From NCBI GenBank assembly GCA_012295275.1, contig CM022673.1, positions 19,592,001 through 19,656,000 of the forward strand: 64,000 bases of DNA, written 5' to 3'. How positions within the stretch are numbered: the stretch's first letter is position 1; each line of letters opens with the position of its first letter. The stretch comes from Chrysomallon squamiferum. Taxonomy: Eukaryota; Animalia; Mollusca. A model generated the notes under the pieces. It made no database searches. It was not told the DNA's origin and was given only the letters and a program-made list of their open reading frames with translations. Of the stretch, positions 35,001-46,100 are shown piece by piece. Position numbers and translations under genes: made by a program.

Positions 35001-38000
35001 TGTAGGCCTACATGCTATGATCATATTATATCAAACTACTTCCCTCATTGCCTTCTTACTAGTTCAGCCGTCACAGAATCAAACTGTCACCCACTTCTCC
35101 ATAGTCTTGCAATTCTAGCACCATCCTTTTTACGCAGAGAGTACATCCATTGAAAAGATGGAATAGAAGGTGTATCAATGACACAGAAGATGTCCCATTC
35201 ACTAATCCAACATGTGTCTTCTTTCTTTGGCCAGTGTAGGCATGCATCTTTGACTTAGACACTGGAACTAACCATTTTGGCCACTTGAAACCTCCCTTGT
35301 AGTTCCAATTCATGCTTTGCTATGCGTTTTGGTGTGATGTTGAAAAAGTGAATACCTGGAATGCTGTTGATGCAAAAGTCCATGACAGACTAACTGGTTA
35401 GGATTGGGTCTGTGTAGTGATGCTGCAAACTGGCCTTTGTCATCTTCACCATACCCCCCCCCCCATTCCATCACAGACACTTTTGCCATGGCTTGTCATA
35501 AAAACGTTCCATTCAGCTTCCAACCCAAAGACCTCTTCATGATGGCAAAAGGTTAACAAAATTGTTCTTATTTTTATATGGTCCAGCATCAGTGTCACAA
35601 AATAGAGTAGTGAACTGAATTGATCTCAAGACTAATTTTATCTCAGGTATTACTTTAAAATATAGTGGTCATAGTACTAGTAAATGTACCACTGTTTTTA
35701 TATCAGACATAACAGTAGTTGAAGTAATAATAGTAAAAGTTGTTGTTGTAGAAGTATCAGTGTTGTAATACCTGTAGAAGTATTTGTATTCCAGTAGTAG
35801 TATTACTAGTATTATTACTACTACTGCCAGAAATAATAATAATAATGATGATGATGATAACAATGATAATAATAATCATAATGATAATTAAAGCAATATT
35901 AATGCTACAAGTAGCAGTAGAATTCATCAAGGTAGTCTCATAGATGTAGTAGTTGTGGCAGTAGGTAGTAGGAGATATAATAGTAATGTAGAATGAGTGT
36001 TAGTATAATTAGTAGTATTAGAAAAAGTGGTAGGATTAATTATAGTTGCTAGTAATAGAAGTAGCAAAATAAGAAATAGCTATTGTAGTAGAAATAGCAC
36101 CATTAGTAATGGTAGAAGTACTGGTGGTAGTGGAGGTAGTAGTAGTAGTGGAGGTAATAACAGGAGCCAAGAGGGAGTTATAATAGTAAAATAATTGCCA
36201 TGTGCTCAATGTGGATTTCACCAGGGGAGTTCAAGGAGTTCCTGACATGCCTGAAGCCACACTTCCTGTTAACCCTTTGGGCCTGATTGTGTAGAATATG
36301 TCATGCCATTTGGCATCTTTTCATATCCTTCAGGCATTCTTTCAGACCTGTCAGGAGGATTTTGACTCTAAAGATGAGTATTTGGTCTCAGAGAAGTCTA
36401 TACATGTAGAAAATGTACATTGTAGTGCACTGTATCAATCATCCGTGCAGGAATGGATTTTTTAAATCTACATTGTGGCTAAACAAAAAAAATTACACCT
36501 CTGAATCTTTTATATGTTTTAGTTAACATGTGGGAGTTTAAATTTCAAGAAAGGTCATCTCAAGGTCATGTGATCAATAAGATCAATTTCAAGGTCATAA
36601 CAAAGGTCAGTGTACCCCAACATTCTCCAAATTGAACAATAATGGCAGATTTGGAAATCTTGTCATATTGCCTTTTCAACAATACCAATTTTATGAAGAG
36701 TTCCTGAGATTATGAGGGTTCAAAGATTGGTGGTCACACCCATTTTGGCCAAAAATCTTAAAATTCAGGGGGCCCTATCTCCCAAATCATTGGTCTGAAT
36801 GGATTTGGTGCTGTGGGATCCCAATCAACAAGTATACCAAGTTTCATAAAAATCTGAGACAGTCGGGTGTAACCTATTGGGTGATTTGACACGGAATGAA
36901 TCCTATCATTTCTAACACTGATGTATATAAAGAGAAAAGAAATTATTTAATTAGGACTAACTATTACTGAACTGTAACTGATCACTAAATTAACTTATTT
37001 ATAATGTCTTATGAATTTACCTGCTTTAAAAAACAATTACATGTATAATGAAAAAAAAAAAAATGCTTTTTAAAAACTGCTCAAACCTTGAAGGAAGGCT
37101 GATCTTGTTTCTGGATGTGAAGCAACACACTGCAACAGAGCCAAGGCATTACACACTCGATTTGACTGCGAGGCCTTGAAACAAAGCATTAAAAAGTTTC
37201 TTTAATATATAATCATAATATATATAAATCACAATATATGTATAAATTAGTCAAACTTGGTCAACTGGATGTGATCATCTCAAGAATTTTGATTGGTGAG
37301 CTCCTATACAAATACTGAAAACAGCTATTTACTTGAAGTTGTTTATGGTCCTGGACTACTGACTTATTAGAAATTGGTATGAAATGAAAATAGGAAACAA
37401 AATATAATGAGACAAATACAATGTGCTAATTGAGGTGTACTGTGTCATTTGTTAATACTACTGCAGGAAGTACATGCATAATGTCTAGGCACCACACTAT
37501 AATGCACAATAAAATGGATAAATGTTACTGCTGGATATACATAATCAACAAATTGTAAAGTAATTTACCGTGAGATTTGGAGGATTAATGGCTGGATATA
37601 TATTCACTATTTCCTGCAGAAGAGCTGCAATAGTACCAAATGAATGCCATAGCATTGGAGCTAAATCAGGCACTACTTCCCTCTTCTTGCTGAATTTATA
37701 AAGGGTGCATAAAAAATTGCTATCAGTTAATTTAGTAATGATCAATTATGTCTATTATCATTTCCAAAAAATTACAGTCATTCTATTATGTTGTGTAATA
37801 GTTACAGACTACAAATATGGATTTAAATTTTTTATTTTTTAAAATAATATTCTAAGGACATAATTAGAAAAGAATATATCAAATATTTTGAAAATATGTT
37901 TTATGTTAATCCATATTTTCTATCTTCATATACTATTTTTTTTACAGCAGAATAATCTTTAAATAAAATAAAAAGTTAATGAAAAAAAATGTATTATAAT

Positions 38001-40121
38001 GACAAAATGTTATAGACCTCAATTCAAGGAGTGCATTTTCTCTGGTTTCTGGACTAGTCAATTCATTAATCCACTGGTATATTCTTTCTCGGTCAACGGA
38101 TGGCAAAGGTCCTGGTACTGACGCTTGCTGTGGTGTTAATAAACGAGGCTGCTGAAACAGATATTAATACTATGAAAAAATCTTAATTATATAAAATTCC
38201 AAACCTCATACATCTTAAACCACTCTTTGTAACTACTGTAAGCAGAAATCTTGAATTTATAGGTTTGCATAAAGTAATTAAATTTAAGAAATTTGTAGTC
38301 AAGAAGTGACTGTTATTAGACATCAAAACTATTTATCCATTATGAAATACAATATTTTGTTAACTGAATGCCGAAAAAATTAATGCACTAATCAGAACAA
38401 GCTGATGTGAAGCACAACTGTGACAGTCACACTCCTTCAACAAAGCCAGGGGTATATCTGTCATAGAAACTATTGTAACTGTTAAATATTGACTACCATT
38501 ATATATTTTCAGCCTAATGAATAAAATTAGTTAACAGTTGTAATAAAGAAAAATTTTCCCTAAATAATTTCTATTAACTGATTTTATTTACTAGGTTGAA
38601 TCAGTACAATTGTAATGTATGTCTTTGAATTTAGAAATTACAACTGGTGATTACTGTTTGCAAGTGGTCAAAAAATAAAATACCAGTATTTACTAACAGT
38701 AACAGGGACTAAAAGCAACATCTGTAACTATATGTAACAATGTCCTTTCAGTTGCTATTAGTGTGTTTGTGATTTTAAAAGTAATAATAATAAATGAATA
38801 AAACACCTATAAAACAGAACAGGTTTGTCACTAACAACTGTCTTCTGCTAAGATGCAATTTCAACCAGAAAATACATTTTCAAGTACTGATATGTATATA
38901 TATCTCAACTTGGAATTTATTTTTTAATTTATTATTAAATTTTTAAAATAATTTAGCTTTTATTCCTAATATATAAATTTATTTTAAATACAAAATAGGT
39001 AAAAAGAAAAGGTTTACATGAATAATATATAAAGGATTTTAATTGCTGTTGATGTTCTACAATGATTACAAGAATTATTTATTTGTGCTATTTCTGGATG
39101 TGTATTTTGAATTGTCATTCACAATAAAAGATATAATATCAATCAAATTTTGTTGTTTTTGTATTTAAACTCATAAAAAATGATTACATTTACATCTAAG
39201 CAATACTTTGATTATGAAATATCATTAGAAGAGAGAACAGGAAGGCAAAATGTTTTAAGAAGAAAAAGAATATTAAGTAGGATTTAAAAATACAATGGAT
39301 ATTTATGATATTCCAAAGCAACATAACAAAGATACATATTTTATATCAGTATTGGTTACATCTTCCAACATCTGATACCAAATAATTATTTTATTTTATT
39401 ATTTTTTTTTTAAATAGAAAACAAAAATGTTATAGCACAACATGTTTTCTGCATTTAACTGATTTCATTCTCAGAACTCATCTCCAGGTATATTTACAGA
39501 ATGTTATAAACAGAAACAATTCTATAAAATATTTATATTCAGTAAGTAGATTATACACTTTTTTCAAAATAATTGTTTATATTATTTTTTCATGTTAAAA
39601 ACAATTGTCAAATCCCTAATCATCATGCCGAAAAAAATCTACGTTCATGTAACATGGCCAAATCACTGACTAGATTGATTACACCTACTTAGATAACTGG
39701 TGTATGCAAAAAAACAAACATGCAACCCTAATAAAAACAACATCCACTGCATAATAAATTTATAGAGTAATGTACTTTAATAATAAAATCATTTTGAACA
39801 GTCTCAGTTCTAGTTACAGCAGTAGGAAACTGGATTTAAACTATTTTGCCTGTGACATGATCAGCCTAGTCTCAATAGACTAGTGAAGTCAGAGTGTTGG
39901 TTGTGTGCTTGCTAAGATTAGTGCCCCTCCCTATGTCTGTATACAGTTAATATTTCTGTTTGGATATCTAATTTATATTATTTATTAAACATCATTAAGA
40001 AAAATTATTACAAATGGTGATAATGTTGCTGCCTAATTATTTTCCAATGGTGTGCATTAATAATATTTAAAGAATGTACCAATCAATGAAAATGAAATTG
40101 ATACTTAATATCTGTTTGTTT

Positions 40122-40173
<52 letters not shown>

Positions 40174-40773
40174 GTACTAGTAATAATAACAATTATTATT
40201 ATTACTAAGTATTTAGATCTTATGATGAGACAGTAATTACTACTAATACTCATTATACTAGTCTTAGGTCTATCATTCTATGTTAATAACATTTATAATA
40301 AGATTCAAGTAATGACAAAATGGTAACATTTATTCTTCGTAATTCTTTCTGAACAGGTAAGGGGAAAGTGGTCATTGGAAAAAATATTTAATTTGTTTTT
40401 TAAAATCTTTGAACAAATTTTGCTGCAATTTTGTAGTTTCTAACTTTGAACAAAAGTTATTCAGTTGAATATCTCATCGACTGTCATTATTAAGATATAT
40501 GAACTCGATTCTTTAATACGTTACAATAGCTGAATTGTTTCAATAAATTATTACGATGCAAAATACGGACGACTGCTGTTCATTCAATCATCGATTCATT
40601 GAAATCATTGTGTCAGTGAATCACCATCAAGATTCAATGCCAGTGGACGCCAAACACTGAACAGTTTAGAGGCGCAGCAGTCCTAAATATATAATAAATC
40701 ATTTCTGCATACGCTTCCACATTTTAGAATCTCAGTTAAATTATATTACCTGCTGTGTTCCCAAGGCATTCAT
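32003..40773 (-). CDS. CNOT9: CCR4-NOT complex subunit 9 (RCD1/RQCD1/Caf40), 312 aa, 9 coding exons
   Basis: Minus-strand exons, total 939 nt: 40773-40750, 38151-38018, 37689-37569, 37174-37087, 33626-33520, 33348-33253, 32898-32800, 32540-32449, 32180-32003. The translation is near-identical to CNOT9 as I recall it: [122 protein letters not shown]. Confidence 0.97.
34332..34460 (+). repeat. Interspersed repeat fragment, copy 1 (copy 2 at 39424-39564)
   Basis: aaaatgtta..caaca..ttttctg...ctcatctccagRtatatttaca...agtaagYagattatacact occurs in both CNOT9 intron 4 and intron 1 in the same orientation. Confidence 0.6.
34644..36903 (-). mobile_element. Decayed DNA transposon with long inverted termini, Sola2-like, in CNOT9 intron 4
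   Basis: Terminal motif ccRtgtcaaatca at both ends. Inverted repeats extend over about 200 bp (34691-34870 vs 36470-36672). Minus-strand remnants read [51 protein letters not shown] and [10 protein letters not shown], matching the QYKN...SHGK..DG.GG..K pattern I associate with Sola2 transposases. The superfamily label is from memory and the exact ends are uncertain. Confidence 0.75.
35670..36185. repeat. Degenerate (AGT/AAT)n low-complexity tract inside the Sola2-like element
   Basis: Long run of tag/agt/aat triplets; explains the poly-T/S/I ORFs on the minus strand. Confidence 0.8.
39424..39564 (+). repeat. Interspersed repeat fragment, copy 2 (copy 1 at 34332-34460)
   Basis: Diverged direct copy of 34332-34460. 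Confidence 0.6.
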
Positions 40774-41097
40774 AATGTAGTTTTAAAAAAACTATCAAAA
40801 CATTCAAGAAAAAAATAAACACCACACAAATAAATACCCGCTAGAGAGCGCTTTACCGGATATTACAATACTATACTGATAGTGAACTTTACTTTGATTG
40901 TGGGCTCTATAATTCCAGAAACGAGCGGAAATGACGAAAAATATAGATACGTGTACAATGAGAAACATATTTAACTTTCTGTCATCCTGTCCATTTTCAT
41001 TTTTACAATGTTCACTGTAACACCAAACAAGATTAATTACATATGAACATAACGTAAAAATCAGTTATAGTTTATTTCAGTTTTGCATGATCTTTTA

Positions 41098-41146
<49 letters not shown>

Positions 41147-41276
41147 TAGGTTTTATTATTGATAACTTAACATTAAGATATATTAAATAAAATTAAGATA
41201 ATACAACGAGATTTTCAAAAAATATTATTTATATCAAAACTCTAGTTTTTCTTAATTTTTTTATATTATTATTATT

Positions 41277-41311
<35 letters not shown>

Positions 41312-41830
41312 CTAGAAATAGATCATATGTAAGAGAAAAAGATGACACAAGTATTAAGCTTAATATGATAATGTTTAAAGGACTGGTATTTTAAGTACGG
41401 TAAATTAATGTTAGGAAAAATCTAGCGGACGGATAACCCAGAGGTAAAATTTTTATTACAATAAGATTAACTTTTAGTTAAAGGTGTATTTGACATTATC
41501 AGTATTAGTAACTTCACTATATACATATATATTAAATAAGTTCCAAACAATTACATGATTTTTTTTTTTTATTTTTTTTTTTTGATGTGTGGTAAAAGCT
41601 ATTAATGAATGAACTCTTCATCACAGAAATAACAGCAATTTGTGGTACTTAACGAGATTTAACTGTTCTTGTTAAAATAACAATTATTTCTGTTTATTTA
41701 AATTATAATTAAACTAATAAATACAAACTTAGGTTATGACCGTTTTGCTTTTAAAACTATTTAAAGATATATAATCATTGTTAGAACAAATAACTAATTT
41801 TATTGTCAAGTGACAACACTTCCGGGACAT
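40774..41830. promoter_or_regulatory. Divergent promoter region between CNOT9 and ATG9
   Basis: The genes are head-to-head, and CpGs are locally retained (about 40450-42450) amid CpG-poor gene bodies. ETS/CRE-like composite GCGGAAATGACG at about 40925-40936 and ETS motif CACTTCCGG at 41817-41825. Confidence 0.65.
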
Positions 41831-41905
41831 TTGTTTTGATTGTTCAAGACTGAAAAATGAAAATATGACGAAGAAAGTTCAGTCGTGATTGTCAAATGTT
41901 GTGAA
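41820..41905 (+). other. Putative non-coding first exon of ATG9
   Basis: The first coding exon starts at an acceptor (ttttttatttccag|43132) upstream of the ATG, so an earlier exon is needed. A consensus donor gtaagt lies at 41906, just downstream of an ETS-type motif CACTTCCGG (41817-41825) in CpG-retaining sequence. The start coordinate is approximate. Confidence 0.55.
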
Positions 41906-43160
41906 GTAAGTGTAAATATTTACATCTATTTACTTTAGAGATTACATTAATATATCAGATAAGAATATATTTATATTTTGCATCTAAAATAATTATTTTA
42001 GTTATATAATGATAAGGCCTATACATAATAAAAACTATAGTATATAATTATATATATCAAACGCAAAGGTTGTGTTTTTACTAATAGTAATACTAATACT
42101 AATACAGTAATAGTAATACCTTTTTCTTTATATATATATATATATATCTGTGTGTGTATATATATATTCATACATACATACATACACAGGGTAACGTGGG
42201 GAAATGATCGGAACTCTTTCTCTTAAGTCATAAGACATAAGCCATAAGGTCAGTTATGTACATAACTGAAAGTATTAACTCGTTAACTAATCATAGTCAG
42301 AGTGTTAATACAGTTACATAATCTTAAATCGTAATTAAGAAGACCATGCATGGCCCAGAGTATAAAAGTATAAAACGTTATGCTTCGTTTTACAGATAAA
42401 GCTTGTGTTTCGAATAAAAAATGTCGTTTTCTAATAAGTCATTACAGAGACTATATTATATATATAGAATTGCCATTAATATCCTTTTTTTATTATTTCC
42501 TTATACAGTTTTTCACATTACAGAAATCAAAGAATAAATTTGGTAAACAGAATTTTATATTAAAAATGTTTATAATTTATTTTTTAAATTAGTTAGTTAT
42601 TTGTTGTTATTATTATTAGGTACTCCAAAGTGCCTGTATTTGTTGTCTGCCATATAGTTTTTACCTAATTATTGTAAATAATAACTAAGCTTTATTTTGA
42701 AAGCTTGATTTATTTTCTGCTATGTGAATAAAAACTGCAGAAATGGAATATTTGAAGTGTTATCATTGTGATAATTGCACAAATGTTATCTCATGTTGAA
42801 AAAAGCATTTAATCTCAGTCGGAAGTGCCTCAGAGTAGCCACCACCTTGTTGTGGATCTTCAGTCATGTATTGCAAACATTGTTTGTACACTGCTTTTTA
42901 CACACTAGTGGTTAACTCTGTGAGCTTTCTTCATATAAACAACCTCATGTAAAATGTCTTGACTGTTTTCACATAACAGACCCCATTATATATAAACTAT
43001 ATTACTGGAAAGAGAAATATTTCATATTTCAAAGAATGATAGATGAAAGTTTGAAACAACAACATGATCAACCACTTGATCCGAAAGAGATATCACCACA
43101 TTTAATATTTCAGTGTCTTTTTTATTTCCAGCACCATGAGATGAACCTAGTGCTACTGTT

Positions 43161-46100
43161 ATGGCTGAATATTCAACACCGTATCAGGCTCTAGATTCAT
43201 GTGATGACGATGATACAGATGATAACGATCTCACAATTAATGAGCAAAATGTCATGATTCATGTTGTTCCAGAAAACAGCATTGGTAGGTGTAAAATTTG
43301 TGCTTAGACCATTTTCAGTATTGTGTAGCTGGAGTACACTCTGGTAGGGTCAAGTTCAGGCAACATTTGGATGGATATTGCTGGTTCTCCACCAGATTTA
43401 GGTCTGTGATGTTTTTCGGCTAATCTTTTTGGAAATAATATCCATTAGCATACATATTTAAAAATAATTTTGGCTTTACATTACTTCAGATCAGTTATAT
43501 TTAAGGTCACAGGTACCATAAAAATTACCATTTAGTTGCACATACACCAGATATAACATAAAATCACCAACTTGGAAATCTTCAGACCTAAAAAGTGACT
43601 TAATGGTCAGCTGATTAACATGACAGCTTTTCAATGCAATTAACGCAAGAATCATCTCAATACACAAATTGTGTTATACTATTCAAAGTTATTTCATTAA
43701 AATTTAGTCCTTAAAATACAATTTTAAACTAGGTTTTTGTTTACAAAATTAATACATGTTTCTATTTAAACACTTTTTCAAATCAATGATAGCTAGATAT
43801 AGCACTTCTTCCATAGCTAGTGGAAAAAGAGCAAAATTGTTTCTGCAGTTAAAAATGAAACAAACAAAATCCAACTCATTCTGGATTTCCAAATTGAAAC
43901 AAACATTCTTTAAGAACACAATTAGCGAGGTCACCATCACATCAATCATCTTTACTATATTGAGCAAATCCTTAAATGTATTGCACTGAAAAGCTGTCAC
44001 ATGCTAATCAGACAACCTTTATGTCATGATTTAGGTTGATTCAAAAGTTTGAACAGGTTGGTGATTTTATGATGGTATTCTTAGGTTTCTTCATATAGTG
44101 TATGTACAACTAAATGATACTCTTTATGGTACCAGCAAACTTGAAAATGATCGATCTAAAACAGTGGCAGGCAAACTTTTTAAAACAGGGTCCACATGGA
44201 TCTTATAGGAAGAGCATGAGGGCCAGAATATGAAATGAGAACAAAAAAGATTTCAGAATGTGTATTTTATATGAACAGTAAATTTACTTTTAACAAATGT
44301 TAGAAGAGTTAATGAGATGGATGGTGTTGCATACCATGAAGCAGCAATTAATTATCTGCCTTTATTGATGTGGTGGACAAGCAAAGAATGTCATTTAGAT
44401 GGCAGTCGGAGAGTTATGAGTGAAGGCAATACTTTGTATATTTCATTTTCGAGAATAGTTGCTCACAGTAAAATGTACTTCCAAACATAGTTACAATGCA
44501 CTGAACATGTTTAATAAATTGTGGAAATCTGACAGATTGAAGGATGACATCTTGAAAGAAGAAAAGAGGAGAAGAAGTGCAGACCTTTGCTTTTTATTCA
44601 TCATTGCATTTCATATCTACCAACTCCATCTACAAGGAAGCTGGAGAATCATCCACTGTGATTTCAAAAGGGGCACTGAACAATTTGAAATCTGCAAATA
44701 GTGGTTGGTTACCTCCAAAATGGGGGGCAAATTCTTCCTGTATTGACAAGTCGATATCTGGAAATGAACAAGCAGCAATACGTTGAAAATACTGAAATTG
44801 ACCATTATACAACTAGGATTCCACAACCATAGTTTCATTTCAAATGCTGTGGGTACATCTCTGGAACAAGAATGTCCTTACCTTGCAAATTGACATTGAC
44901 AGTGTTGAGGTATGTTGTGGTATCTGTGAGAAAAGCCAGATGGGCAAGCCATTATCAGCCTGTACAATTATCAGCATAAGGGGTTCTTCTCATGAAGACA
45001 GGTGAAAATGTCTTGTTGCAGGTCCCATACATGAGACAGCATAGCTCCATGACTCAGCCAGCGCACTTCAGAAAGTAGAGCCAGTCACCATAGTGCGCAT
45101 TGACTTTGTCCATCAGTACCTGGAATTGATGATGTTTCAGGCTCTGAGAAAGTGTGGAATTGACACCTTCACTATGATTGACATGACATCAACGAGATTT
45201 GCAGACTTGGCACATAAGAATTCTTGGTGGATGATGCAGTACAGTTTATGGATGGTCTGATTGTGTCCACGAGCCTCAAAATGGAAAACAAGCAAAGAAG
45301 CCTCACCTTTATTCTTTCCAATCACTGCCATTGAACCGTTAGTTGTTACACTTACAAGATGGGAGAGATCAAGGCAGAGATGCTCCACACTCTGAAGTAA
45401 GACATGGTGCCATGTAGTGGAACAGTCTTCAAGAACTGACACGACGTATGAAAATAACCAGTTGGGCTGTGTCTTTCATATTAGTGCTCTCATCAAGAGC
45501 AAGAGAGAAGGTTGAGTACTTATTCTTTAATGAGTCTTGCACACTGTCTGACATCTCCTCAACATAACAACAAATAGTACGAGATGACAGACTCATATTA
45601 TTCTCGTTGTTCTGGACAGACAAAATTCACTAGTCATGAGACATTCCTTGACAAAATCTCAATCAGAAAATGGCTTCATCCGTTGAGCAAGGAGTAGTGA
45701 AACTTCGTAACTGGTGCATATCACGTTTTCATGCTGAGATATCTGTTCATGAATCATCAAAGTTCCCTTTTCAAGATATCCTGACAGTTTTGCAGTGGCA
45801 TCGTTTTTCTCAGCAGCAGACATTGAAGCAAATTTTGAAGATCAATGTCCTGTTTTCAAACAGATCAGGCACTGACCTTGTCTAAACTGATCAATGAAAA
45901 AGTACTTCTCCATCCACTCAGAGTTGAATGTCCGACTTTCCATATCCACTTTTCTCCATTTTAAATGTGAGGTTACAGACCTGATTGACTGGGGGAAAAT
46001 GATAGATAGTAAAAAGCAAAAATGCAAAACCGAGTTCTGTTCGTGACTGCAAGAAGTTAGCATTCACCCGTGTGTGTCACTGAGATAGGATTGAAATAAC

